Positions 1-13,599 are shown, counted from the first letter of the stretch. The stretch: 63,326 nt of DNA from Octopus bimaculoides (GCF_001194135.2 NC_068999.1:15465500-15528825); one strand, 5' to 3'. Numbers and translations are program-made. The notes: a model not told the origin generated them from the sequence alone.

Positions 1-485
1 ATCCGTGTAGCTGACTATGTGAAATTGTGGACACCCTATGCTATCTCTATCTACTCTCCTACACAGTATTCTATCTAGATACGATCTCGACGACCCGATG
101 CGGTTTGTCCATGTCCACATTGGCGCATTCGGGTAATCGAGTCGGTACCTGTCAGACAGTTGAAAGCGTCTGAGCAGGTCTTTGAGGCATTTGCATCCCC
201 GTCTATTCCCCGTCTATTCCCCGTCTGCCCACATAGTCTAGATGCGTGTCCAAGGTAGCATTCCAATCCCCCACTAAAAGTAAAGGACGAGACATTCCTA
301 GGAATACCTCCAGACGTCGAAAGAAATCCGGCCTACCTGTTAAAGGTGGTGCGTATACTGATATGAGTCGAAAAGCACACCCATCGCTGCCATCGACATC
401 CAGAACAACCAATCTACCCTCCGGGTCTATGAATACTGTCTTTACTTCGAGATCCAGACTCTTGCGAAAGATCTCGAAGTAAAGA
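1..485 (-). mobile_element. Tx1/L1-clade LINE ORF2 APE endonuclease fragment, continuing off the left edge
   Basis: Minus-strand translation [25 protein letters not shown]...RLISVYAP...LLLVGDWNATLD, then after a frameshift DRYRLDYPNAPMWTW...SRSYLDRI...SYTD. These are APE motifs (YAP, GDxN, LDRI, SxTD[H]). Confidence 0.9.
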
Positions 486-657
486 CAGGTAGGTAGGTAG
501 GTAGATAGATAGGTAGATAGGTAGGTAGGTAGATAAGTAGATAGAAAGATAGATAGATAGATATATAGATAGATAGATAGATATATAGATAGATAGATAG
601 ATAGGTAGGTAGGTAGGTAGGTAAGTAGGTAGGTAGGTTGGTAGGTAGATACATAGG

Positions 658-697
<40 letters not shown>

Positions 698-810
698 CAG
701 ACATACAGACATACATGCAGGCAGACAGGCATGCATGCAGGCAGCCAGGCGGGCAGGCAGGCAGGCAGGCGGGCAGGCAGGTGGGTGGGTAGGTAGGTAG
801 GTAGGTAGAT
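486..810. repeat. Compound tetranucleotide microsatellite (TAGG/TAGA/CAGA/CATA/CAGG)
   Basis: Directly visible; it interrupts or truncates the LINE. Confidence 0.97.
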
Positions 811-1464
811 TGAATGAGGGATGGATAGATTTTGAACAGACAGGTACACAGATAGACACATGCATATGTAAGCATGTAATAATTGCACATATGAGCTTGT
901 TTGTGTATGCATGTATATGTATGAGCGCAAGAATATCTCTGCATTAATCGTTCAAGAGCTATTTATAACAACTCTCGGCTAAAGGATAAGCATCGGTGTC
1001 TAACCCCAAAGCAACGTGCATTCATTTGAATTACATCAACATCTCGGTCGTGAAGGGAACCTTCCTACATGCATACACAACAATAAAGGATATTGCTTGT
1101 CTGGCTTGCCTGAGATGTGTGCGCATGCACATATCTATATATCTGAATACCTACCTATATATACAACTGAATGTGTGTGTGTAGGTACGTGTGTGAATAT
1201 ATCTTGTTTTCTATACGTTTACACAAAGACGTATTTCTTTGATTATAGTCGTGCTTATTCACACGTTGGAAGCAAATATCAGTAATATTTTGTGTATATT
1301 TTCTTGACTGTAAATATTTGATCACCTCCCTATTAACATAATCGTATTGTATATTTACTAGATATATGGCATATGTATTGGTTTCTAAAATGCCTTCACT
1401 AATTCAGCTTGTGAAATAATTCACTAATTAATTTCCTTGAAATTCTATGCATTCCTCTATATAT

Positions 1465-1835
1465 CAGCAGGAGTGGTTGTGTGGTAAGTAGCTAGCTTAC
1501 GAACCACATGGTTCAGTCCCACTGAGTGGTCCCTTGGGCAAGTGTGTGCTGCCATAGCCCCGGGCCATGTGAGTGGATTTGGTAGACGGAAACTGAAAGA
1601 AGCCCGTCGTATATATGTATATGTATATATATGTGTGTGTGTGTGTTTGTATATCTGTGTTTGTTCCTCCAACGTCGCTTGACAACCGATGCTGGTGCGT
1701 TTACGTCTCCATAACTTAGCGGTTCAGCAAAAAAAGAGACCGATAAAATAAGTACTAGGCTTACAAAGAATAAGTCCTGGAGTTGATTTGCGGTGCTCCA
1801 GCGTGGCCACAGTCAAATGACTGAAACAAATAAAA
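1465..1835 (+). mobile_element. tRNA-derived SINE, CORE-like family (family A)
   Basis: Head gcaggagtggttgtgtggtaag, CORE-like ccttgggcaagtg, gagtggatttggtagacggaaactgaaagaagcccgtcg, central TA/TG tract and tail ggtgctccagcgtggccacagtcaaatgactgaaacaa. Same family recurs at 58221 and 61540. Confidence 0.85.
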
Positions 1836-1860
1836 GAGAGAAAAAGAGAGAGAGAGAGAT

Positions 1861-1898
1861 CTATTTATCAAAGAATATCTCTTTTCTTCTCTCCTTCG

Positions 1899-1972
<74 letters not shown>

Positions 1973-3072
1973 GACTCACTTTCAGCATCGGTTTTATTTT
2001 TAAACTCGTCTCGCAGGAGACTATCAAGGTGCTTCAAATAGTGGCAGTCGGTAGGAAAAAGGTCTGGAGAATAAGCTGGGTGGGGAAGACCATCGTAGGA
2101 CAGTTTACTGAACTTCTGGAGCACCATTAGTGAAACTTGTGGTCGAGTATTGTCATGAAGAAGGATTGGCCCTCCTCTGATGACCAGTCTCGGACAGAAG
2201 TGTAGTAATTTTCGTTCAGTTTGGCAATTTCACGGCAATATGTTTCTGCAGTAATGGTTTTTCCGGATTCTAAGAAGTTATAGTGGATGAGTCCAGCAGT
2301 ACACCACCAAACAATTACCATAAGCCTCTTTTTGAAAAGATCGCAGTTGGGGGATGTTTTCGGTGCTTCCTCATGGTCCAAACACTGCAAAGAATGTTTG
2401 TTTTTTTTTTTGCTTTTTTTTTTACTATTGTACAGAATCCACTTTTTATTGCAAGTTACAATACGGTCGAGAAATAGATCGGTCTGCTTACGGCGAAGAA
2501 GCGACGAACAAATATCATACCTGCGCATTTTCTGATTTTCATTCAAATCGTGTGGTACTCATTTGTCGTACTTTGTTTTATTTTCCCGATCGCATGCAAA
2601 TGGTTGCAAGCAGTTTTCTGGCTAACTTAAAGTTCTTTTGCCAGTTCTCGAGTGGTTTTACGTAGATCTTCCACAAAGCTGGTTTATAATTGACCGTCAT
2701 CGATGACAGAGAGGTGTCCACTGCACTCACGGATTATCAAGGCTCAGGTCTCCACTGCGAAATTGTTTAAACCATTTTCGAGCAGAACACTCACTGGTCA
2801 TTTCCTCATTAAACCCGAGCTCTTCAAAAACAGGTATCGATATTGCGAATAATTTTAGCTACTTTACGTACTTTTTTCAAGGTAAATAGCAAAATTGCTT
2901 GAATATCGAGCTTTGACAGTTGCATTGCAGATGAAAAAATATCAATGCTAATTTATTGATGCCTCTGGAAAAGTTTATGTCCGTATTGTATTATCAGACA
3001 AGTTGCAAAATAAAAGGTTTTAAAATATTCAAAACACAGCAAAAATCCGGTACAAATTCATCTTCAGACACT
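1861..3072 (-). mobile_element. Degenerate mariner transposon
   Basis: Frameshifted transposase: ARKWFKQFRSGDLSL; DLFLDRIVTCNKKWILYN; KRLMVIVWWCTAGLIHYNFLESGKTITAETYC; LPHPAYSPDLFPTDCH. A (GA)n tract lies in the C-terminal part. Possible TIR near 3040-3072. Confidence 0.92.
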
Positions 3073-3079
3073 ACGAAGC

Positions 3080-3330
3080 AGTATGCTTCTTATTGATAAC
3101 TAGTTGCTTCCTAACCAACCCATCACAAAATATGTTTTCTGTAGTCGTTCATTTTGTGAATTCACTGATATTCACAAAGCTTACAAATTCCCCATTCCAT
3201 ATTTCTTGATACTTCAACTTCTTGGAATTCCTCTCTTTTTCACCCATTATTTTCCCTCACGAACATCGATTTCAAATTGTTCGAAATGAATATCACATGC
3301 ATTAACCCAGCAACTTCCGAATGCCTTCGA
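3080..3330 (-). mobile_element. Possible RLE-type (R2/HERO-like) LINE C-terminal relic
   Basis: Minus frame GEKERNSKKLKYQEIW resembles the RKKxKYxEL motif of restriction-like endonucleases; single motif, multiple stops. Confidence 0.25.
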
Positions 3331-4944
3331 ATTTAATGGTCACAGATTCTTCCTTCCAAACAATAATATAAAATAATCATCATAAATGAAGTTAAGTTTT
3401 TTTTTTCTGGAAATCAGTTACACGATCAATAAAATTCCTTTGATGTTTCAGAGTAACTGTACTAGTCAAAATTTGCCCAGGTCGATTTTGTCTTTTTGTT
3501 ACCCTGATTCTAAAATAAATATAGTAGTAAATGCTACTGAATATTGCAAATGTGTGGTCATGTGCGAGTCGAAGCTAAGCAATCATTATTTTATCAAATT
3601 GCGGTATAAAATGTAAGACGAGTCTAATTCTTATTCATTGGTCAGCAATTAATTTGGGTTTGAATTTATAACTGCTAACGTATTTTAGATCTAAGAGGGA
3701 AGTTGTTGCTGTTTTTTTCTTCTGTATCTAATGTGTATTAAAGAACCAGCATTTACTATCATACAGACTGTAATTGAAGTGCTGACTCTCTTTGATATTG
3801 TTTCTAACCGTATTCCCGTTGGAATATATCCGAAACGAAATCACAGTGAAATTTGTAGACATTTGAGACCTGCATCTTTTTGTTTTTCTTAACTTCATTG
3901 AACATATAGGAATTGGCGAGAATTAGGTGGTCGTTGCTCTATCTTTTAATAAATAATGCATTTTGAAAGCAATAAAATTGGTAGACATATGTTTCATGAG
4001 AATTCTGTTTTTTTCATAGCTGAAGGAAGAAGAGAACGAACTAAATTGGGAATTTCATAATAAAACTTTTACCAAAGGTGATTAGAATATTCCCAGACGT
4101 TAATGCTGAAAATTCTGACTTACTTAGCCTCAGTTCGATTACCTCGCATTGCCCATTACGACTGAAGTAATAAAAGAGATTATGCGTTACCCAACTCTAT
4201 TGATTTGGTATATTTTGTACGTCTTTAGACGTGAACCAGTTTGTGTGTCAAAGTGCATATCATCAGGTGTTCCATCTATGGAAAATAGATCTTTGAGAGA
4301 TCAAACAACATTTTAGGAAACGCTATCAGCAGAATTAATAAAAAAAGTTAAAATGCATGTATTTTAATTCTTAAATGCTCTCTTTATAAATCTATTTTGC
4401 GAAGCGTATCTTTTCGGTAACACAAGTCTCAATTTCTTTGGCTCTTTGCTCTCAAAACCACATAATACCATCTGAGGATAAAATAATGGTTCGGTTTCAT
4501 TAACAATTTTAATTCCAAAAAGGTAATTTAGGAAAGGCTATGCGTTTCAACTGTAAATTTTGTGATGAAGCTTCTGAATGAAATCTACTACTTCTCTCTT
4601 TCAACAATCTCTGAAACCTTATGCATATAGATTTACAGAATAGTTAAACTGTCGGAAAATTTCTTTCATTATCTGTTCAAACCAATGAATTTATGAGTTC
4701 GAATCCCACCGAATTCAACAGCCGATAAAATAAAGTGTCAATTAATTACTAAGTTTGATTTTATCGACTGTTAACCTTGCCCAAATTCCTGGCTGTGTGC
4801 CTGCTTTCAAGACGACTGCTACTTTAGAAACAATTAATGCATTACACTCGCCACAGAAAATAGTTGTCTAATCATTAGACTTCCATTTACCTTTGAAATT
4901 AACGCGTCAGCCTCTACTCTCCTTGCAGTATTAATTCACAGATA

Positions 4945-5190
4945 AGCGACGAGCTAGCGCTTGAGTTAGCTCACCGGACGAAACGCAGAACGGCTCGACT
5001 TTACCTTTCATCCTTTCGGGGTCGATGAAATAAGAATCAGTTGATGTAAACTGGGGTTCATGTAATCAACTTACCTCATCCCCAGAAATTCCTGGCATTG
5101 GGCCAAAATTTGAAATCAGTATTAATTCCCGGCGTTTAAGGTGTTGAGCTACCAGAATCGTTAACAAGCCGGGCAAAATACTTATTGAGA
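4945..5190 (+). mobile_element. Meta-domain SINE (family B), degenerate, plus a 5' fragment
   Basis: tcgactttacctttcatcctttcggggtcgatgaaataag matches the Meta-like core shared with 18220, 44890 and 59565. Confidence 0.8.
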
Positions 5191-5349
5191 TAAGGAACTG
5201 TCACTACTTTTATTCGCGTGCATTTATGCGTATGTATCTACGTGCGTGGTTATACGAGTGCAGGTTTGTGTGACTAAGGCGCTGGTAGATTTTAAATGAA
5301 ATACTTTAAAATTTATGTATAACAGTTGACTCCAGTTCGTATATGTACT

Positions 5350-5750
5350 TTCTATTGTGTGTGTGTTTTAGTTTGCAGGCGTCTGTTTTTCTTCTTTTTT
5401 GCATGTGGTAACATATATTTGAAAGGAAATATAGTTTATTAACCAATTTCTTTTTGCTTGTTTCTATCATGCTTTTTAACTTAAAATATGAATCATAATC
5501 AAAAACACTTCTTTTTGTTGAATGGATATACAGACATAAATTTATCAATGGAAAACAGGGTAAAATCATAAATCAAGGAGAAATGCTGTTCGATACAGTC
5601 TTCATCGATCGAAGCTATAGGAAAAGCAATCACGACAGATGTACGATGTTGTCACAGTACGTCTTTATTCTTCATTCCCATTTTATAGATCATCAGATTA
5701 TTGGACAGTTTCTGAGGCATATTTTTCTTCTTTTTTTTTCTTTCTTTCTT
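5350..5750 (-). mobile_element. Ancient RTE-like RT relic
   Basis: KMGMKNKDVL*Q...PIASIDEDCIEQHFS...FSIDKF, then RSVFDYDSYFKLKSMI; by eye aligns to GLTINxKKTKVLYQ...ITIDG...HFxYLG...RVFDN..LKLxTKI. Confidence 0.35.
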
Positions 5751-5894
5751 TCTTTTCTCTTTTTTTCCTTTCTTTCTTTCTTTTTTCCGCAAATGGTGGT
5801 TTTGTAACATCTTGTTAAAACTTTCTCCATTGTGGAAAGTCTCCGCTAGTGCTCTCCGACTACCTCGCGCAAGGCATAAAGTTGCTAATTTCAA

Positions 5895-5995
5895 GAGAGA
5901 GAGAGAGGGAGAGAGAGAGAGGGGAGAGGGGAGAGAGAGAGAGAGAGAGACAGGCAGACAGACAAACAGACAGACCGACAGACAGACAAGCAAGC

Positions 5996-6028
<33 letters not shown>

Positions 6029-6035
6029 TACAGAC
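5895..6035. repeat. (GA)n/(CAGA)n microsatellite
   Basis: Directly visible. Confidence 0.97.
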
Positions 6036-6386
6036 GGAGTGCGGGTGCAGAAATAGAGATACGGATATAGTAGGACAGTGTGAAGGAGAGGAAAGGAGAG
6101 TGAGACCACAATACTTAACCGTTGCATTTACTATGGCTGACTTTGGCAGGATTTGAATACGGAGTGGAAATAGCTAGAAGATATATTTCAAAGCAATCTA
6201 GCAGATTCTCAAACAATGTTGCCATTTCGCCGCTTAGTAAAATTTGTAAGAAGCCAGGATGTCACGACTGTAATCCTTTTGATCTTATTTCTTTTAAATC
6301 AAAGACTGGATATGGCTTTAAAAATATTCACATCAAGCCAACGGCATATCATCTGCATGGTTACTCTACCAGCCAGATATAACAAC

Positions 6387-6455
<69 letters not shown>

Positions 6456-6479
6456 CTCTCTTTCTCTCCCATATCCCAT

Positions 6480-6990
6480 CATATTTCCATTTAAATACGA
6501 GAAAGACATTCTGACAAGAAGATGAGATGATCAATCCTCGAATAAATAGAATTTACTCATTCAAGTTATATTTTGTTTGTAACGTTCACAAAAGAAGGAA
6601 AACTTGAAGTACGTTACTGTTAAAACAATACCAACACATGACTGTTATATGGTTTCCAATTGTCACAATACTTATTATAGTTTTAAAATTATATGTAACG
6701 TCCATGAAATTACTTCAGATATTCCGACAACATTTTCAGACAATGAATGATTGGAGAGCAATTCACATGTCATTCTCAAAATGTAGATATTCTTCGAATT
6801 TTGTAACATTTGCCTCGCGCTGCTCTCTGACAGTCTTCTGCGCCGTTTCGTCCTTCCCAATGTCACTGACACAGCTTGGCAATATATATTTTGCTCAAGC
6901 TGTCATGTAATGGGATCGGATATGGATTGACATGATCTACAAGTCGACTTGCTAAACGTAATGTTAAATTTTAAATACATTAAGTTATTC
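6480..6990 (-). mobile_element. Ancient RTE-like RT relic
   Basis: EANVTKFEEYL...CFNSNVLQVFLL...VFKWK parallels VxKFxYL...YNAxVLxxLLY...IKW. Confidence 0.35.
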
Positions 6991-7035
6991 CATCCGCACC
7001 AGAATACAAATTTACTGAAGATTCCTCTTCTCAAC

Positions 7036-7068
<33 letters not shown>

Positions 7069-8379
7069 NNNNNNNNNNNNNNNNNNNNNNNNNNNNNNNN
7101 NNNNNNNNNNNNNNNNNNNNNNNNNNNNNNNNNNNNNNNNNNNNNNNNNNNNNNNNNNNNNNNNNNNNNNNNNNNNNNNNNNNNNNNNNNNNNNNNNNNN
7201 NNNNNNNNNNNNNNNNNNNNNNNNNNNNNNNNNNNNNNNNNNNNNNNNNNNNNNNNNNNNNNNNNNNNNNNNNNNNNNNNNNNNNNNNNNNNNNNNNNNN
7301 NNNNNNTATATATATATATATATATATATCCTACAGATTTATAAGTAAAATCCATATTGGAAAATGTATTCCACCCATATACAAAACTCTGACATATTCA
7401 TTAATGGATCGCTTGAAGTCAAGAGCCAAGTTAATCAGATGAGATAGGCCAAAAAACAACATGTTTAACATGTTTAACACGTGATAAATGAAAAGCAAAA
7501 ACGAATCTACGACAGAACAAAACAGAATATCTAGGGAAGGAACACCAACAAAACATCTAGGGCAGCTATGATTCAGTCAAACATCCAGCAGCAATTCTAG
7601 AAGAAACTAACGTTTTATAGGACTCGTCACATTTTAATAGTTTTACTATCTCGTGTTTTCTAGAACCCCAGCACAACTCTGAAAAGGAAATCTAAGGAAA
7701 TCTAAAGATATTCTAGTTGTGACCCTCCCACCAGAACGTCATTAACCTGTGTGACTTCCTAGAGAGACTTAAGGGTGTCACGCAGGTACAATCGTTGCCG
7801 CGCCGGAGAAAATACTTATTACTGAAAGTAGTATATATATGAATGTAAAAATATATATTAATAAAAGTGATCTTCGATTTCTATGACAGGGTAATGTTTT
7901 GTGAGGTTTATTTAGTAATATACGGATCATGTAAATATAGAGGAATACATAATCGTAATCATTCAATGTTGCATATGTTTCATCTAGCAGAAAGTGAAAT
8001 GCGCCTAAAATGGGATGAAGCCAACCAAATTTACTCGTTTATTAACTAATCACTTGAAACAGATTTATGCTGCATAATTTTCACTGCAAGTATTTCATCA
8101 TGTTGTGAAAGGCAAGCTGTTGTTGGTGTTTCACGCATGTTCTGCTCCATTGTAGAATATCTATATCAAATGTTAAAGAAGCTCTAGTACTGACCATCTC
8201 GCCTATGTGTAGGAAACTTGTATCAAGAACTTTCTTATCCAATATGTACTTTTTTTCTATTGGATTGAGTATGGCGTGAGAGAGCGAGGGTTGGCTGTTA
8301 TTTTGAGGAAGTCTAACCATCTAATATTGACAACCATCAATTTAGAAGCTAGTCTTATAGATGTTATTTACCCAACGAT

Positions 8380-8580
8380 ATCTTTCGTCTCGAACCAATG
8401 GAGGACGTGATAGGGTTGGTAGTCTTTGGAAAATATCACGCTGGATAATGTGGACTTCGACTCCTAACACATAGAAAACACACTGGAGGATTTAATGAGA
8501 GAAGACCTTTGACGTTAGGTTGATTCGGTCAAAACTGGCCAGGACAAAACATAACGATTCAACAAAAATTATACAATCAG
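8380..8580 (+). mobile_element. RTE-like LINE 3' end relic
   Basis: TLEDLMREDL*R*VDSVKTGQDK resembles TWxEVVRxDLxxLGLxxExxxDR. Confidence 0.35.
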
Positions 8581-8759
8581 GCAGGTATAAGTTTTACGTT
8601 GCCAGGCAATGAGACAACCTATATATGCCACTCTAGCTGCTAGAAATTCCAGCAAATCGACTTGAACTTGCATACATACACCTTATTAAATACGTTACCC
8701 TTAAATGTCTAACACCTATTGTTAGTTTGTTATCTCAGATTACGTAGTTCCTAAAGCCC

Positions 8760-9130
8760 ATAAAGGTGGAAATGATCTCTGTGAAAGATGACCATTATCT
8801 AGAAAATAACGCCACCAATAAAGACGGCATTTGGGAGAGTCATCAGATAGTATCCCTAGCAGTGTTTATTTTGACTTATTATATAGTATTTTGGATGACT
8901 TTGGTAGAAACTATTCTGCTGCAAGATCTCTGGCAGACGTCAGATTTGCGTATATCTTCCATTGTCACATCAGTCACAGAGGAACTGTGAAAGGTCATAA
9001 ACATGGCGGACCACCAAAGTTTCAAAAAGAAAATAGAAGAAAACCATGTTACACTACTTTCATCGAAAACATCACAACAACGAGATATGAATTTTTGTGA
9101 CATCAATACAATATATCATTCCACTGCTGG
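8760..9130 (-). mobile_element. Ancient RTE-like RT relic
   Basis: DVFDESSV...FLKLWWSAMFMTFHSSSVTDV...SD, later TLLGILSDDS; parallels KAFDTVS...KLGC...FHxGM...SD...LLFADD. Confidence 0.4.
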
Positions 9131-9519
9131 GTTGTGAACACTAGATACTTTTGCTTTGATAGCTCAAACGAGTTTTGTTTCATTAGTGCCAGTTTTCTCC
9201 CAGAATATAAAACTAAAAGATGAAATAACATTTTATTATCTCGCTAGTAAATTGCTCAGGTAACAGATAAACAAACACGGAGGAATATTAATACATGAAT
9301 AATGATGGTTAGTAAATATAAAATTTAAAGGTTATACACACAGGCGGCAGCCTATAAATAATTAATGTTCTCAACTAAACAGAACATCAGGAGGAGAGTT
9401 TCAAAAAGAAAATCATCCTACTAAAAATTTAAAAAAAACAAGAATGTGATCGATAGGTACACAAAGATACAGGCACCCACCAACACCACGCGAAATAAAT
9501 AAATAAACCGCTCGTATTC

Positions 9520-9676
9520 AAACATATATGTGTATGTGTGTGTGTGTATGTGTGTATGAATGTCTGTATGCCATTGTGTGCGCTTCGTTTGTGATGTATG
9601 TGTGAACGTGAATGTATATCTATATAGGTATGTATGCATGCATGTATATATATATGCATATATATTTATATATACA

Positions 9677-9718
<42 letters not shown>

Positions 9719-9830
9719 CATATTCATATATATTTCATATATACTTACAGAGATAAATTTATGAGTATGAATATATATATATACATATCTATATAGACAC
9801 ACACATATATATATGTACATATGTATATAG

Positions 9831-9905
<75 letters not shown>

Positions 9906-9977
9906 NNNNNNNNNNNNNNNNNNNNNNNNNNNNNNNNNNNNNNNNNNNNNNNNNNNNNNNNNNNNNNNNNNNNNNNN

Positions 9978-10020
<43 letters not shown>

Positions 10021-10200
10021 TATATATTGTGCTTGTATGTATATTACGCATATATGCGTGTGCGTGTGTATATCTAAAGGTATATTTAAGTGTACATATT
10101 TGTTATTGTTTATGTTGTGAATGTGTGTGTTGTGTGTGTATCATGTGTGTGTGTCATGTAGGTTTGTGTTTGTGAGTTTGTGCTTGTACGTGTGTGATTG
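9520..10200. repeat. (TA)n/(TG)n/(CA)n microsatellite field with gap 9906-9977
   Basis: Directly visible. Confidence 0.97.
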
Positions 10201-10399
10201 CGTGCGTACGTCTGTCAATATAATCGATGCACAATCAGGTGTAGTCTCTGTTAGTGATAATTTATGGCTTTTCCTCTTACCATTCATGTTTGGAAGGTAT
10301 TATTAAATATTAGATCATAAATGATATGCAATTATGTATATATATGTAAATATACAATCAATTTTACTAAACTATGTGTGAGCATTATTTGTTACAATT

Positions 10400-10750
10400 A
10401 GTGGTATTGAGATTTAGATTTTAACCTATATATATACGAAATCAAGTAAGTGATGCATACACCCTTTGTTGATATGTCAATAAGAATAGAGAATTTGATG
10501 AAGCGATTGTACGAACGTGAAACGGCGAAATCAAGTAATGGCACGTATGCAATATCAATAGTCAATAGTCTTGCTAAAGTTACTCCTGTTAATAAAGAAA
10601 CAAACATAATATAAGAAAGATTTCTCGTTTACTTGTTAGTGAAGGATTCAGTACTATTTCTGCAAATAGTCAACATCACCAGGTTTGTGAACGGCAACTG
10701 TTTACGCCATCCGGTGTCCCCCTCAAGTTCTCTTTCTTGATTATTTTTGC
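10400..10750 (-). mobile_element. Ancient RTE-like RT relic
   Basis: VSLLTGVTLARLL...SYNRFIKFSIL...KGVC parallels ISLLSxxGKxLARIL...GFR..DMIFSL...EKC. Confidence 0.4.
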
Positions 10751-11107
10751 CCCATATCTGTGTACCTTTGCCTCTATCTGTTTACAAATTTATATGTTTT
10801 TCAGTCGATCTTTGTATATCTATAACACTTTGATATGTTATAGGTATATAGCATCATCATAGAGTTCCTACACGCATAAACATACTTACATACAAATATA
10901 TATAATCATGCATAAGTACATATGTTCTTACGATGTTTCATGTTGGACGAACAAGAGAGAAGTTCTCAATACATGTGCCATATGATATGTATGTTAATTG
11001 ATGCTAAAACTTTGTTTCGCAACTTGAGTTTCACGCCACTACTATATTCAGGCAAGAAGACATTGCCTGAAGTCTTTAGTCTTGAATAGAATGAAAATTA
11101 TACGTTC

Positions 11108-11121
11108 ATGTTATTATTATT

Positions 11122-11159
<38 letters not shown>

Positions 11160-11268
11160 TATCATCATCATTATCATTATCATCATCATCACTATCATTG
11201 TTATTGTCATTGTTGTTATTGTTGTTGTTGTTCTTCTTCTTTTTCTTCTTCTTCTTCTTCTTCTTCTT

Positions 11269-11348
<80 letters not shown>

Positions 11349-11355
11349 TATTGTC
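11108..11355. repeat. Compound trinucleotide microsatellite (CAT/TGT/TCT/TAT)
   Basis: Directly visible. Confidence 0.98.
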
Positions 11356-12199
11356 GTTTTTTTTTTGTTACCGTTTGTTTCTGGCAGACTGAACAACCAC
11401 TTACAGGATCACTCGTCAGTTCGTTGTAATAGTTTATATTCACTTTATCCATTGCATTTCCGCCTTCTCTCCTCTATCAGGTATAGCTACATACTTGACT
11501 AGACAATGGAGAAACATTGAAGTTTACTTATCTGTATTGTTGTTCCTAAGAAACTAGTACCGTTTAGAGTAGACACTCTTATAATGAACAAGTGCAAGGC
11601 ACAATATATCTTTAGAACTATCCTTATGTATTACTCTTAGTCAATTAACCGACGTCACCATGCCAAAGTATGTTCTTCTTGTTTAAATGTCCTTTGATCA
11701 AAGCTGATACAACCACGATCATCTAGTTTTTAAGAAATAATAAATACTGCGTTGTATTATATACGTGTCTGTTTCTATTTTTGACTCCATTTGTGTGCAG
11801 TTTGGTAGAAGCATAGCTGCTATTTCTTCAAAAGTTAAATGGTCATTTTAAAGTATCTTCTGTAGATTAACAAAGGATATACGCAGCAAAGTTATAGCAC
11901 AATAACAGATAGAATCGAAATGCGTTACGTTTCATAAAACTTTACAATCGATCACTTACAACTTGTTTCCATAAAAATGTTGCCAGAGAAATTGTCGATT
12001 CAGAGAGTCAGACAAAATGCCTTCTGTTTTTTTTTCATCTCACTTTGTACATTATAAGTTCAAATCGCACCGAAATCAATTTACCTTTCGTTCTTCCGAG
12101 TCGATAAAATAATGTACCACTGAGGTACTGGGATCTATTAATACGACGGCTTTATTCTGCTGAGTTTTGGGGCAAGACAGCTATATAAGAAATAAGTCT

Positions 12200-12570
12200 T
12201 ATTAGCAATGTTCGATTTCGGCTCTCTTTCAACGGATTCTGAAATGTATTGGTTTGGCTATGAGGAAAGACTGCATCAAATTCGTTCAACAATGTGCCAT
12301 TCGGAAAGGAGACTATGTTGTAAATGATCTGTCACGACTGTTTACTAGTATAGTCAAAGCGTAGAAAGAAAGGGAGGAGAACAACAAAGTATTCGAGTGT
12401 AGCAAGAAGAGTCTCTTAGGGACTCTGAAAGCACCTCCGAAAACACCTTCTTTGAAAATGGTCGAAACTTTGAAACAGACACTGAAAAATCATTTCGCAA
12501 GATTGTAAAAACAGAGTGCACAGAAACTGAATATACGTTTATCAAAGACGTGGTCATATTCGCGTACAAG
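12200..12570 (-). mobile_element. Ancient RTE-like RT relic
   Basis: SVSKFRPFSKKVFSEVLSESLRDSSCYTRILCCSPPFL parallels SAFGRLRKRVFxNxxLSxxTKxxVYxAIxxSTLLY. Confidence 0.35.
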
Positions 12571-12576
12571 GACAAA

Positions 12577-12609
<33 letters not shown>

Positions 12610-12675
12610 TGTGTGTGTGTACATATATTTATACACGCACACACGGACATATATTATTATTATTATTATTATTAC

Positions 12676-12729
<54 letters not shown>

Positions 12730-12735
12730 CATTAC

Positions 12736-12814
<79 letters not shown>

Positions 12815-12815
12815 T
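12577..12815. repeat. (TG)n followed by long (ATT)n
   Basis: Directly visible. Confidence 0.98.
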
Positions 12816-13467
12816 TATGTATATTAGATATCATTGCTGTTACGAGAAACTGTCTATGTCCAAATTTGGTCAAATGCGATCTTTTTTTTTTTTTTTTTCA
12901 ATATTTATTTTTGCATCCAATAGTCGATTCTCCAGCTGCTTTACATCCAAAGATATCGAACATTATCAAAAAGTATACATTATTAACACTTTACCGAGTG
13001 AGCTGCGCTGCAGGATTGGCTCTGGTATCATCACCGATATATTTCAACCATTGCAGCCTCACTTTGCATTTCGTAAAAATTTATATCTAGCATTTAATCA
13101 TTTATTAACTGAAAATGCAGTTTACTGCTTAGTATCGAATGTTCATGAAACTAAACTAGCTTAGGATATTTGATTCCATTGATGTAGGATGACTATGAAA
13201 CAGGATATTATTGATCAAATTAAAGGCAAATGAAATAAAAAAAATATTACGATAAATTCACCAACATATTTATTCGTATATAGCAAATCAGCAGAGATGA
13301 TATTATAATATATCATTGACATGCAAATATTTAGTTCATTAAAGTTATAATACACATACAATCACACAAAAAAAATATTAAAAAGAAAGTAGGAAGAAAA
13401 ATAAAATAAGTACAACGCATTGGCAACATTTTAAAATTAATGTATGGAATTTCTTGAAACGGAAAGA

Positions 13468-13538
13468 TGAAGAAGAAGAAGAAGAAGAAGAAGAAGAAGA
13501 AGAAGAAGAAGAAGAAGAAGAAGAAGAAGAAGAAGAAG

Positions 13539-13568
<30 letters not shown>
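13468..13568. repeat. (GAA)n, about 33 units
   Basis: Directly visible pure polypurine tract. Confidence 0.98.
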
Positions 13569-13569
<1 letters not shown>

Positions 13570-13599
13570 GTTTCGTCTAATACGATACAATTATTGAAT

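Noticed and set aside
6638-6910. GPCR-like hydrophobic plus-strand ORF
   Set aside because: In-frame stop just upstream, and the opposite strand fits an RTE relic.
12245-12310. Gypsy integrase-like YWFG/MRKDCIKFVQQC
   Set aside because: Needs a frameshift, has no other integrase motifs, and the minus strand fits an RTE relic.
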